Assembly (NCBI GenBank): GCA_965645245.1
Contig: OZ287087.1
Span: forward strand, 1,178,001-1,242,000
Source: Massalongia carnosa
Lineage: Eukaryota
Direction: 5' to 3'
DNA length: 64,000 bases
The position numbers and the translations under genes are program-made. Within the stretch, counting starts at the first letter, position 1. Every line of letters begins with the position of its first letter. This document shows, piece by piece, positions 24,611 through 37,900 of the stretch. The notes beneath the pieces were generated by a model, which did no database searches, was not told where the DNA came from, and saw nothing but the letters and a program-made list of their open reading frames with translations.

Positions 24611-25624
24611 GATGTGAACAATGATTTCTCGAGCACGTCGCGCTTTTCTGAATGTGAATGCTTTGTCTTTGCGAGTCTGTTGAGATTTGATATTTTGATT
24701 CTATGAGAATGCGAGCTCGTCGCGACCTAGTCCTGCGACAGCAGCGACATAGATGCGAAGAATGATCTCGTTGCACTTTATGCGTGTTATTGATTGTTGA
24801 ATTCCCTTTAATATTTCATTTATGTTGTTGAGAGTTTCTGCAACTTTGTCATCGACTAGGTTTTGCGCTTGCAGAATTTTCGCTGAATTTTTCAGCAACA
24901 GCAACGCCTTCGAGTCAATCACGATGCTCACTCGATCAATGTACTACTTGATATTTACGTGCAAACCATCCCTCCTTTCGCTGTGCGTTCTCGAGAGCGC
25001 CTTTGATTGTTCGAGTGCCGTCATTCTTCCTTCCGTTTTTCAATAATCGTAACAATCGATATGTAAGTAAAATACGCAAAAATGCATCCAAACCCCAAAT
25101 CTTTAAAAAACTGTATACATAGAATCGCGATTAATGTTGCAAACTACAGCAAAATTGATAAACGAGTATTTATTCGCGTAATTTTGAAGATTCGAGTCTA
25201 ACGAGTTTAAATTATGAAAATTAAAATAAACGAAACACATATAAAAATAAACGAATCTTAAAATAATAGATAACGTGACTAACTTTGTATATATAATTGT
25301 AATCAACTATATGCAAAAGTAAAATTTTGAAAAATTTGAAAATCAAACGTGATTTGTTGAAGTTATTCATGAAAAAAGAATTCTTTTTTTTTTTTTTTTT
25401 TTATTCATTCATTAAGTGTATTCAACCTAAGGTTATGACACTAAACTATTTTAAGATATGGTTTTATTTTACAAATAAATCAACCCTTTATAACCCAACT
25501 ATCTATCGTCAATATTGCCCCGTTTTTACTCCGTGTTAGTAACAACCTTTAGTAATCGAAATATCGATTTTACAATTTGTTTTTGTAAAGCTCGTAAATA
25601 TTCCAGCATAAATCATTTCTAATT

Positions 25625-28600
25625 TTACTGTTCGATCTCTCCCCAACCTCCCGTTTCGATATTTTCGTCATCGAGCTGACCTAGCATCCATTTTCTAGTC
25701 GCGATTTTGTTATCAACAATAAATTTAATCAAAATATTATTTCCGATCCTAGTATTAAACAACATTTTTAAAGTAATTGTGGTATCGATATTTTGTTTCA
25801 TGTTTAGGATTTCATTTGAATAATGTATGCAATTCATCAATAAGTGTTCTGGCGTTTGACGTTCGTTGCAGCGCCCTGTGCATTTTGACGAATTATAATC
25901 TTTCAATCGGTGCAGATATGATCGAAAATAACCGTGTCCGAATTTCATTTGCATAATAGTCGCAAATATTAATTTCGAACAATTATTCGACAGATAATAA
26001 AAACTCGATTTGCCCGGCTGCATTTCGAATTTCTCATAGTATTTGCCTTTTGACTTGCATTGTTGCCATTGATTCTCCCATGTGGCTAACATAGTTCGAT
26101 TTATTTGACCCTTTACATAATCAAATGTTATTATCGAAGACTCGACTAGGATTCGACTATGTCCCGCTTTTGCTGCTTTATCTGCAATTTCATTTTCGAC
26201 GATTTTCGAATGACTAGGAATCCATTGTAGAACCACCTGATAATTGTTTCCGAATAAGCATTTCGAGAATTTTCGAATTTGTTTTGCGTAAGTATGATTT
26301 GTCAAGTTCTGAATTTCGTTTATCGCGTTTATGCTATCGGAAAAAATCCAAATCGTTTTTTCCAAATTGAAGAGAATATTCGCAATTGTCAATTTGTATG
26401 CCCATTTTATTGCTTGTAGTATCGCATAGAGTTCAGCGTTTTTATCGCTTGACTGTTTGTTTAATTTCCAGCTTTTCGAAATCGTATGATGTTTGAGGAG
26501 ACAATCTTTTTCGATAAAACGATTGAAGTTATCGGTAAAATTGTTCCAATTTCGCATAATTGGTGCAAATGTGACAGCGGAAGTTGAAAACTCGGTTTTT
26601 GATCCATCGGTATAGAGTAACATTCGCGATTTATCGGCGTTTATTGATTGGATTTTTGATAAAGTCGAATAATAACTTGACTTTGCTGTTTCTTTGGATC
26701 TTTCGATTTGGAACTTGATTTTACAAGACGGCTTCCATGGTTTGATGAAATTATTTACTGATTCGAATTCATCAGTTCTGTGAACTATATCCGAAACGGA
26801 ATGAAGAATACGGATAAGCTGACTAGGATGAGGTTTACTCGATTTTTTCTCGTCTTCGTTCCATTCAGCATATCTGTTGTTCCATAAACTAGTGTCAAAA
26901 CCGATGTTTTCGAATTTCACAGAATAGGTACTGGGAATTCTTTGACAAATAGGATTATTTTCGGCAATCTTCAATAATCGAATTGCGTATTTTTGATTTT
27001 TCAGCAACAATCGTAGCTTGGCTGGTAAAATATGCGATTCAATTTCCATCGCCTGAACAGGCGTGGTTTTGAATGTGCCTAAAATCTTTCGAATCATTCG
27101 ATTTTGCAGATTCTGAAATAGCTTTTCATATTTATTTTGACCGTTATACCAGATTTCTGAGCCATAGTCCGAAATAGGAATAATACATGACAGATAGAGC
27201 TGTCTGCATGCAGTTGGCTTTAGTCCCCATTCAGACTTCATCAAATTTTGAATTGCGAAAAACGATCGATTTGCAGAAGCAATTCGCGTTTCGACGTGTT
27301 TTTTGTAATTTAGTTTTCGGTCTAACCAGACTCCTAACCATTTGACAGAATTTTTCGGTTCTAGTATTGTCCCGTTTGGTAATTGCACTTTGTCTTTTGA
27401 TGCATTTCTTGACTTTTCGAAGTGAATCAACTCAGATTTGTCGTCATCAAATTTGACATTATTCGTTGCGGCCCAATCAAAAGCTGTTTTGACGATAATT
27501 CGATTTCTTTGCAATTCTGTGTGGCAGTTTTATTTTCGACATATATTGCAACATCGTCTATAAAGCTAGGTGAATGAGCATTGGATTTCATTCGTATTTT
27601 CGGAAATAAGTAACGAATATAAATCAGAAATAGAATTGGCGAAATTGGTGAACCTTGTGGAATTCCAGATTCGATATAGTACGTTTTGCTTTTGTGTTCA
27701 TCGAATATCAAATTGATCGATCGTTTTGTCATAAAATGCTTGACCCATTGAATAACTATGCGAGATAAATGCAGCTTTTTCATGACATTTAGCAATTGAT
27801 TAATCGAAACAAAGTCAAATGCTCCTTTGACGTTGAGTAATAGACATGATAAAACGTTTTTGTTTCGGTTTGCGATTTCGATATCATGAACGACGTTCAT
27901 TACCGCATCGATTGCAGAATGATTTTTCCGTCCGCCCATTTGTTCGGTATCTAACAAGCTAGAATTTTCGCAGAGGTAGGCTAGTCGATTAGCAACTATT
28001 TTCTCCGCAATTTTACCAAGACAATTCAGTAAGGTAATAATTCGATATGATTTTGGCAGCGAGTAGTCTGGTTTATTAGGTTTTTTTAAAACAGCACCGA
28101 GTCCTGTTCGCCAACATAACGGGTGAAAACCGATTTGTATAAACTTAGAATAAATAGTAAAAAACACGTTTTTCAATGGTTGAAACGATTTTTGAATTAT
28201 TGTGAAATTGATTGCATCAGGTCCACATGATTTCTTTGGATTAAACAAACTAATCGCATTTTGCAATTCATTTTCGGTTAAATTCGGCCAATTGTTGTCA
28301 TTTTCGCTGTCTTGATTCGTTAAATCTTCAATATTATCATCCGTGAACGGGTTTTTTGTGTACATTGCTGACACAAACGCATCGCATTTGTGATCGAATT
28401 GAACATTTAACTTATTTTCATATTGAATAGGTGGTATTTTTTCGAACATGCGCGGTTTAGTGTATTTATAAGCTGTAAATACGTCTTTATTCGCTGCGTT
28501 TTCGAGGAAAGCCAACCAAGTTTGCTGTTTCGCTTTTCGAATTGCATGAAAGTACTCGATTCGACTATGTCTAAATGTTTGATGACTTAAATAGGACGGA

Positions 28601-29632
28601 TTATTCTTCCATTCTCGACGATGTCTACACATGATTTTTCGAAGTCCGGATAAATCTTGCGACCACTAATTTTTCGATTTTGCGCATATTTTTGTCTTCG
28701 GAATAAACATTTCAGCCGCGTTTTTGATAACGTTTTGCAAATATAACGCTGATTCATCAAATTGATAATTGTTCAATAGACTTTGTATTTGGGATTCGTA
28801 GTTTACTGCATTTTCGTAACTTCGCGAATTTATCCCAATCGGCTTTATTGCAGTTATATTTATTCGATAATGCGGTTGCGTGTGACGTCAAGTTCTTGAA
28901 AGACGCGATAAGTTCAAATCGAATAACTTCATGATCTGAACCCGTGACTGCGTTTTCATCGATTGACCAATTTGTAATTGCGTTTTCGATTTTAGAATTT
29001 GCAAATGTTAAATCAATAATAGATGAAGAGTTTCCTGAATGAGCAAAAAATGTATATAGATCAGGCGTATTTATCAAACTACATTTGTTTAATTTTAACC
29101 ATTTGACTAGATTTTCTGATCGAATTGCATTTTGAATCTTCGAATTCCACCAGCTATGATGTGCATTGAAATCTCCACATATGACAAATTGATCAGTTGA
29201 TATAGGTTGATATTTAACTAAAAGTCGATCGATTGTATATGTTTCTCGGTCGTTTAGACTTTTTTCATTGTAAAGGGTAAAGATCTGCACTTTTCGAACT
29301 TCATCAATTGTAATTTCGATAATTTGCAGATCAGTATCGTTTATAAGATCCGTTCTAGGCGTGCATTGTAATTTTGGATTGCATTTTGTAACGAATATAG
29401 CTACTCTCGGCCGATAAGTCGCTATTTTCGGCATAATACATGTGAATGACGGATGGGAAATTGTGTTTTGATCTCGCGTCCATGGTTCCTGAAATAAAAC
29501 AATATCAACACGATTTAATACTGCATATTCCAGACACGAAATCATTGCATTCGTTGACTTTGCACAATTATGTTGAATAAATTTGACATTTTGTGTATTT
29601 TCGATATTTGTCAACGAATGTTGTCCCGCCAT
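25625..29632 (-). pseudogene. LINE ORF2 EN-RT-RNaseH, split into three ORFs
   Basis: Endonuclease (QEPW, GDFNAHH, SDH) in 28757-29632. RT (GIPQGSPISP, FIDD) in 27427-28632. RNase H (YTDGSK, AELYAI, FSDS, WIPSH, NEIAD) in 25625-27514. Confidence 0.92.
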
Positions 29633-31215
29633 TAACCAAGCATTAATTCATCATTCGATTTTCTAGGATTTAGCGAGATAAACATTTCGCAACCTATATC
29701 GTTCGATTGATGATTTTTGTTGCAATTGACGCATTTCAGAATTGCATGTGCGCATGCGATTTTAGACTTGCAGGTTGTGCATTCATGATTATGCGTTTCA
29801 TGACTTTGTGCGCATATATTGCATTTTGCCGGACTTTTGCATTGATAATGCTTATGTCCAAATTTCTGACAATTAATACATTGCGTGTTTGGACGAACGG
29901 AAGCAAATATTTCCGTGTCACAATGTCTACCCGCGATATTCACGCCTCTTAACGCGTTTGACGCTTGATTTTGATTATTGAAAGTCAAAACTACCGACGA
30001 CGTGACTTTGTTTTGACGATCCCGAGCAAGCCATCTTGGTAAATCGCATAGTTGCATATTCGAATTGTATTTTTCGATTTCGGTTTGCAAATATTGCATG
30101 TTATTATCGAATAACGAGATATTTACTCCGTGTGCTATGACTTTAAACCAGGATTCGTCTTTTCGAATTCTTTGTGATTCGAAAATGTGTTCCCATGAAG
30201 ATTTATTTTTCAACAATTCTTCGGCATTGTTGTCAGGGCTAGTGGTGAGAACGATATTCTGACCGGTTTTGGACTTTTCAACAGTATTGACGATGATGTT
30301 TAAATTTGCGTTTTTTAATAGCGCGTTAATTTGATCACGCAACTTCATAGAGTCGATTTGAGCGTCAGGATTTTTCGGTGAAATCACGAGTCGTCTGGCC
30401 TTGATTGCATCATATCGATCGACTTTGTTCGAATTATGATTCGAACTTTTCCTTTGAATAGTAGTCCAATTTTCGGAGTTTTCGGTTGCTTTTCCAAGCA
30501 TTTGACTCCATGTACCGGTTGTGCTAACATTGTTACCAGAGACCCCGGTAGCTCCTTTGCTAATGGTCTGATTTTCGATAATCGAATTTTCGTTCAATTT
30601 AACAACAGGTTTTTGGATTTTTGGACCATTCTGTAGTGGAGTCGTTTGTTGTTGTGACGTTTTTGAGGAAAGATGACTAGTTTGATCAAGTACTATGCCC
30701 ATTTTATAGTTAATCATATCTAAGGATGTTTGTAAATTGATTGATTTTTTCGAAATCAACGAATTAACGTTGTCAATTACGATAGCCGTTTGTGGATTTT
30801 GGTCTAGTACAAATGATTGCAATAATGCTTTTTTGGCCGACTTTAGAAGCTCAATTGAATTTGCCCGATTGATCGCTTCTTGGCTATCTCTCGAATGTTC
30901 GTCAAATGTGCCTCTTTTATTTCGTTTGATTGGTGGGCTTGATCCAATGTTTAAGTTCAATGAAGGCATCGGCAAGATAGTGGAAAATGGACCCGATGGG
31001 AATTTCGTTGCCTTTGGTGTCGGTGTTGACGGGGCTGATGCATATTCGCGAGTTTGATCCATAGGTTCAAGACGGGGAGAGCTCCCTATCAACGCCACCG
31101 GAGATGGTCCGGGGGAGTGTCGGGGGGGGGCCGGGTAAGGGGTCGATAGGGGGGCGGGACCGGCTGGGGGTGGTGTCCTTGGTATATTCCGGCGGTTCAT
31201 TACCGCGTTAAACAT
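29632..31215 (-). CDS. LINE ORF1 gag-like protein, 527 aa
   Basis: CINCQKFGH..C, CNICAQSH and CVNCNKNH knuckles. Its stop overlaps the ORF2 start (TAATG). Confidence 0.9.
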   Translation of the reverse strand: MFNAVMNRRNIPRTPPPAGPAPLSTPYPAPPRHSPGPSPVALIGSSPRLEPMDQTREYASAPSTPTPKATKFPSGPFSTILPMPSLNLNIGSSPPIKRNKRGTFDEHSRDSQEAINRANSIELLKSAKKALLQSFVLDQNPQTAIVIDNVNSLISKKSINLQTSLDMINYKMGIVLDQTSHLSSKTSQQQTTPLQNGPKIQKPVVKLNENSIIENQTISKGATGVSGNNVSTTGTWSQMLGKATENSENWTTIQRKSSNHNSNKVDRYDAIKARRLVISPKNPDAQIDSMKLRDQINALLKNANLNIIVNTVEKSKTGQNIVLTTSPDNNAEELLKNKSSWEHIFESQRIRKDESWFKVIAHGVNISLFDNNMQYLQTEIEKYNSNMQLCDLPRWLARDRQNKVTSSVVLTFNNQNQASNALRGVNIAGRHCDTEIFASVRPNTQCINCQKFGHKHYQCKSPAKCNICAQSHETHNHECTTCKSKIACAHAILKCVNCNKNHQSNDIGCEMFISLNPRKSNDELMLG

Positions 31216-32125
31216 GGATTTATAAATAAATCGATGTTGCCTTTGCTATATCCCCTTTATCGCCACCAAATAATTTATTCTGACGTTCCCCGGACGTAAT
31301 AGTCAGAATAGAGAGTTTTTACACCGATTTACTGGTCTAAAGACTCTTGCTTTCCAAACCCTATTTATTTGACAAGAATAAGTCAAATAAATCCTAGTCG
31401 AGTTAAAATAGACCGTTCCTCGCTTAGGCAATAGATCTTATTTAACTCTTTACCTTGACACTACGATATATGGAATATAATAAGAATTTTACGATCGAAC
31501 AGAAAAAATTTTTTTTTTTTTTTTAAAAAATGTTTTTGATCCAGAAATAAAAATCAAGTACAATGAGAGAGAGGAGACTTCCAATTCTGGTTAGCCTGAA
31601 ACACGGCCTTTGGTTTAACCCTATTTCAGACGTTTTTCCCCTTCGTTTCAGCAGATTGTTGGTCGGCTGTTCAACGAAAATCGAAAAAACCCAAAATGGA
31701 ATAGTGTATACGGTACCGGTAACCTTAAATTTCAAATGAACACCAAGAAGTTTTGTTGTCTCGAGAACAGGTTCTACAGTTACGCGACAGTGATGATATT
31801 TTGTAGATAATTTTTGTGATAATAGATGAGATCTATGCGACAATTAAACCGAAGAAATATCGAAAATCGAGCGATTTTTGACGTTGTTGTTGGTGTTTTT
31901 GTGTTTTGTAGATTTTTTGGACGCGCTTTTTGGTGAAGGGGCGGACAGACCGCGAGGAAAACTCTGCAGGAGCAGTGGAAGAGCTCTCCTGTACCCAATT
32001 CTGTTGGGTTTTAGCTTCTGGTAGGCTCAAATGAATGAGAAGAATGAGGAGAATAAGTTGGGAAAGTTTCAGTATATCAAAATATAGGGTACCGATGTTT
32101 TGGGGGTTGGCTTTTTGCTGATGAC

Positions 32126-34140
32126 TGAAAAAAGAATATATTCATATAAAAATCTTAAACTTCAAAATTGAAATATCAAAAATTGAATAACATAAAAAAC
32201 ATTAATATTTTAAATATGCAGAATAAAATCAGAATCTTAAATTTTCACAAATTTTGAAAATTTGATCTGATTTGATAAAGTTATACATGAAAACATTATT
32301 AATTAAAACAAAAATCTTAAACTTCAAAAACTGAGTTTTTTGAAAAGTAAATAACGTAAAAAACGTTATATATGATAAATACGCAAAATTGAATCAGAAT
32401 CTTAAATCTTAAAGAAATTTGAGAGTATCACATGATTTGATAAAGTTATTCATGAAAAAAGTATTCATTTCTTAAATTATTCAACAATATCAAAATAAAA
32501 ATATTGAAATGATAACGTAAAAACAATATATGTGTTAAATATATATTTTTAATTGAAAAACTAAAATAATCAAGAATTTTGAAAATTTGACTTGATTTGA
32601 TAAAGTTATTCATGATAACAATAATAATAAATAGAAAATTTTAACAGTAATACTTGTCACGATTTTTCTCGATACTACTTCATTATCAAATTATCGATTT
32701 AACTACTTTAAATTTAATTTTCGAATGAAAATTAATACAAGCAAAAGAAATCGTGATTGAATCGATTGAAAATTAGTGAACGCAGAATTATATAAAAACG
32801 ATATGTGTCTTTTAATTGTTCTTTTATTTTTTATTTTTATTATTTTCGCTTTTAATTTTTCTATAAACTAGTTCAAGAGAAATCATAACAAAATTTTTTA
32901 AAAATTGTCGAAATTTCATTTATCAAATAAAAATTCAATTCTTTTCATAACATAATTTTATTGAAACGATAACGTATGAAGTTTTTATGTATAAAACTTA
33001 ATTGAATGTATATTTAAAATCGCGATTGAAGATTCAGACTACAGCAAAATTGATAAACGAGCGTTTTTTCGCGTAATTTCGAAGATTCAAATCAAACGAT
33101 ATTAAACGACGAAAATCAAAATAAAAGAATTTAACAATAATATTATCTGAAAATTTGCGAATTTTCATTCAAAAAATCTTTTCGATTGAACGACGAAGTC
33201 GAAAAAACACGATTCGAATGAAAATCAACGAGTTTTAATTCAGCGAGTAGAAAATGAAAGTTTTTTCACAATATGATTTTATTGAAGCGGTAACGTAAGA
33301 AAATTTTTACATATAAAAAATAATAAACTGCATGCAGTATTCAAATATTCATAAAGTTTGAAAAGTAAGTAACGTAAATAACCTTATAAATTTTAAATAC
33401 GTAAAGTTTAATCAAAATCTTAAATCTTCAAGAAATTTGAAAGTATCACGTGATTTGATAAAGTTATTCATGAAAAGAGTATTGATTTCTTAGAATTTAA
33501 ACAATATCAAAATAAAAATATTTAAAGTTGATAAAATAAAAAACACTATATTTGTTAAATATTAATTTTTTACTGAAAAAGTCAAATATTCAAAAATTTT
33601 GAAAATCGAACTTGAATTGACAAAGTTGTTGATGAAAACAATATTAATTGATACAAAAACCTCGAACTTCAATATTTGAAACTTTAAAAAATGAGTAACG
33701 TAAAAATCATTTTATACGTTTAATTTATGTAATAAGATTAAAGTTTTAAGTCTTAAATTCAAGAAATTTAAAAATCGCACAAGATTTAAAAAAATTTTAC
33801 TGAAAAAGTCAAATAATCAAAAATTTTGAAAATTGAACTTGAATTGACAAAATTGTTGATGAAAACAATATTAATTGATACAAAAACCTCGAACTTCAAT
33901 ATTTAAAACTTTAAAAATTGAGTAACGTAAAAAAAAACATCTTATACGTTTAATTTACGTAATAAGATCAAATTTTTAAATCTTAAATTCAAGAAATTTA
34001 AAAATCAAACAAGATTTAAAAAAGATATTAATCAAAATAATATTTATTTTTTAAAAATTCATCAATATCGAAAATGTAAAAATTGGAAAATTAATAATAT
34101 TAGACATAATATATATGTTAAATATGCGACTTATTTTATA
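32126..34140 (+). repeat. Continuation of satellite array, including a ~227-bp local tandem duplication
   Basis: Same monomer motifs. TACTGAAAAAGTCAAATA recurs at 33571 and 33798. A decayed GC module lies at ~33131-33350. Confidence 0.8.
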
Positions 34141-34381
34141 GATTTGTTAAAAATTCATTAAGAAAACTAATTAAATGAAATAAAGTTAAAAATGTAACAA
34201 TTTTAATGTAATCAAATTCGACATTTTAACTCGACTTTTAATGTTCTTCAACGCGAAATTGAATGCTAATTTCAACGTTTTCTTGATCGAGTTTATTAAC
34301 GTCACGAATTATAACTTTTAAATATTAACGATTTTTTGTTATTGATACGATCTCGAAATAACAATTCGATTTCGAAAGTTT

Positions 34382-34683
34382 TCTAACCTATATGCGTAAT
34401 TGAATTGGGGGCCCAATTCAATAAAACTGTCAGTGATCAGATTTACTTAAGCGGCGTACTTATCATCTGGGGGGGCCCCATTCAATTAATTCCTACCACC
34501 CCAATTCATTTACAAGAGGTTTCCGGATTCCTTCCGGAAACTTGGAGCAGATAGCCCCCCCTCGAAATTGTAACATATGTTTCAAGGGAAAAAATCCGAT
34601 CATTGCTTGATTTTAGAAAAATCGTGGCGCAAAGGGTGTTTGAGGAGGTTATGAGCGGCGAAAGTAAAGGAACATCAAAACTC
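34382..34683 (+). other. ~300-bp palindrome-rich non-coding module upstream of the helicase gene (least-mutated of three copies)
   Basis: Hairpins ATTGAATTGGG-GG-CCCAATTCAAT (34399-34422) and TTTCCGGA-N5-TCCGGAAA (34520-34540). Homologous to 10453-10755 and 60826-61125. Confidence 0.85.
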
Positions 34684-34947
34684 GCCGCCGCTTCACATTA
34701 GCAGAAGATGAGTACCGTGAATATAATATATATACAAATTGTACAGTGTAACTTGACCATTCGGAATATCCAAGAATTAACGTTGTCGCATGAAAATGAA
34801 GTTATCATTTCCATAAAACCATTCCATTTCATTCAACATGAGATCCCTCTTGCGCCCACAGCGAATAAGCGAGAGCCCATATACTGTATCACATATAATG
34901 AAAAATCCCATCCCCGAATTGCAATCATCATAATCATCATTATCATC

Positions 34948-37900
34948 ATGAGCGCATTTCCTATTGTGCATTTGAGCGAGTGGCGAATGATCGTGTGGTG
35001 CAAATGTCAACACGTCATTTGGCCCGCTCAGGTGCAATCCTATTTCCAAAGGCCCGCAGCATCGCATGAAAGGCAAGGAAGCCGCACCCATCGCGGAGAA
35101 GGCGCAATCATAGCCCAATTTAATTCAATATACCGTTGAACTACAAATCCCCATTCGAATCGATAATCCCGTCCGTATGTTGCCCGTGTTTTCCGATGGG
35201 TTATTATGTCAAATGGAACCGGAACGATGTCAATACATTTGTCGCAATGAGGACGGCATGAGAATGCATAGCAAGCAAAAACATGGATTGTCGGCGCAAG
35301 CGCGAAAGGGAAGACCCAGTAAGATTTCCACATTGAACCCGACTCCTAAGCCATGGCGAATCCTCACGTGTCAGCGGTTTATCGTTCAGGGTCAAGGATC
35401 ACATTTTATAGAGATTGTTAATGCAGGATCGACGTCAAGAACGGATGCGAGAGTTGAAATGAATGTGCAAGGTCAAGCGCGACAGACCATGCATCAGGCC
35501 ATGAGGGCAGTAAAGGAGAAAGAGCGCATGATGATACAGGAAGGAGAAATAACGGAAGTAAATCCATGTTTGGAACGAACTGGATGGTTACCGTATTTGA
35601 CCGGATTCGAAAGACCGGCATTAATGACAATAGTGGCTCAGCCCGACAAAGCAGAGGAACCCAGCATCAGCGAAATGTGGACGTCATTTGATCGCATGAT
35701 CCGAGATTGTCAACAAACTATCATTTCCCGGGCGGGGATTTTCGTGCGCATGGAAGCAGTGCGCAAAGACAACAGTAGTCAGGAATACACGCCTTTGCAA
35801 TCATTCATGGACACCCAATCCATTCAGGATCACAGTCGACCATGGAAGCAGGTGTTGATGTTTTTTGCCCGTGCGCGGCCACCAGGTAGCGAGAGCAGCC
35901 AGCCATATCGATTCACCCCAGCCCAGAAACGAGCTTGGAGACGATTTTGCGCCGCCATTGAAAGGGCCATTGAAGACAATGAATTCGGGGAGGAAGTCGA
36001 ATCCATATCGTCAGCCGTGGAAATCCCAGATGGGGAAGCGACAGACCGTTCCGTTCATGAAGAGGCCGAATTGAATCAGGTTGATAAATCGTGTTTGAAT
36101 TTTTGCATTGAGTTGTTGGACCAACGCATCACACGCACCGAATACGAAAGTCCATTGGTGAACGCGTTGGCGGTGTTGGGAGTGGAAGAGGATAGATGGT
36201 TAGGACTAGATCGATACCCACCAATATTGTCACGCATGATAAAATTGGCACGCATGATTGTGGTGCAACATGCATGGGAAAACAGCAACGAGGACGAACA
36301 AGCGAACACGTCGGGTTCAGTGTCACAGATGAGGGAGTTATTGAGCAACGAAAGCGACCATGACGAGGAGAACGAGTCGGAACCCGAGGGGTTCGTGACC
36401 GAAGGCACGGGATTTTTGGAACGAGTCCGAGACATGATGAATCGATTTATGATTCGGGGCAGTCACAGTCCTATGCAATAGATGTTGGATTTACGCACGT
36501 ACGGGTTGAAGATTCATTACAACACCACCAGTGCCGGTCATATTGATTGGATTGGAGATCGGACTATATATAAAAATATTCAATTAGCATGCGACAGTTC
36601 CGCAGCATGATTCATGGACTGGTCACGGAAACTCGACGCTTGATGATGGAGGATTTGTTGTTTGTTCCCCAATTAGGGGCGATACCCGGCATCGAGTGGG
36701 CTGCATTACGCGACAACCCCAGCGAAAACAAGCCAGGATTGAATTTTATGAACGACGAGCGGCACGAGTTCGCGGTGGATAGGGAATGGTGGTTGTTCAA
36801 TCGAACATGGAATCATGAGGAGGTGAAACGACGTTTCGTTCAGCCCCAAGCCGAAATGCAATGGAATCGCAAGGGAATCGAGACGTACATGGCACAGGTG
36901 ATAGAATTTCGCGAGAAATTATTGGTGTTAATGCACATGGGCGGCGGACAGCCCGGACGAGGCCCCAAAATATTGAGTTGTCGACAGAGCAATACGGCTC
37001 GAGGCGAGCAGCGCAACATATTCGTGGAGCAGGGATTGATGGTCTACGTGACCCAATATCATAAAGGATACGTGCAGAAAGGAGATATCAAGGTTATTTA
37101 TCGATATTTGCCCCGCGAGATCGGGGAGTTGTTGATTTATTACATATAGTTGGTGTTGCCGTTTCAGCAACAACTGGAAGTCTACGGTTTGTGAGAAGGA
37201 TCAGGTGTCAGCGTTCATGTGGCCGTCCGACCCGGATGGCAAACGGTGGACGTCGCAGCGACTGCGGACGGTGTTGCAACGCGAGAGTCGAATCGGCATG
37301 GGCGTGTCATTGGGCATTCAGTCATATCGGGATATTGCCATTGGCATCAGTCGAAAGTACATGCGAGAGGGTTTGTCATTTCATGCCGACACGGAAAACG
37401 AGGAGACGGCCGAGGATGGGTTCAACGATATCGCTGACGTACACGCGGGGCATGGATCGCACGTGGCGGGCATGATATATGGTCGAGTCATTATGGAGGC
37501 CGATGGGGAAGTGGCTAGCATGCGTCTGTGGTTACGTCAAAGCAGTGAGGAATGGCATCGATTTTTAGGGTTTGCATCGGTCATGACGACACACGAGTCG
37601 TCGAAACAGGAAACCACACGCCGGACGGTATGGGAAGGGGAGAATCAAGAGATTCGGATGCATCGATGGAAACGATTGCGTGGAGTGGACATTCAACAGC
37701 AGTTGGAGTGATTGATAGGCGCAGGCAGTCGGTTCCGCGGGGTGCAACGGGTCACGATCGAGGCGATAATGGCCGGCGAAAGCCCCGTAATCGCGGTGAT
37801 GCCCACCGGGGGCGGCAAAAGCATCACATTCATGTTGCCGGCTTCGTGCGGGCACGGCGGGGTGAGCGTGGTGGTGTTTCCGTTGATCGCGTTGCGGCAA

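Larger units (their letters stand above)
13062..25047 (-). mobile_element. Full-length but hypermutated (RIP-like) Tad1-like LINE hosting a MITE and a Gypsy element
   Basis: Decayed ORF1/ORF2 similarity throughout and a (GAT)n tail at ~13060-13077. Perfect TSD CGTAACAATCGAT at 13049-13061 and 25048-25060. An empty paralogous site lies at ~10108-10125. Confidence 0.9.
25382..32125 (-). mobile_element. Full-length RNase H-containing LINE, second family, poly(A)-tailed (left arm only)
   Basis: Poly(T) at 25384-25402 and 12-bp TSD TGAAAAAAGAAT (25370-25381, 32126-32137). ~900-bp 5'UTR. Empty site in the right arm near 52245. Confidence 0.93.
10380..33669. repeat. Left arm of giant inverted repeat (mirror of 40084-61198)
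   Basis: Collinear reverse-complement match at every junction checked: 10380=61198, 13469-14192=57946-57223, 25330-25375=~52250-52295, 32900=~51470, 33669=40084. Confidence 0.93.
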
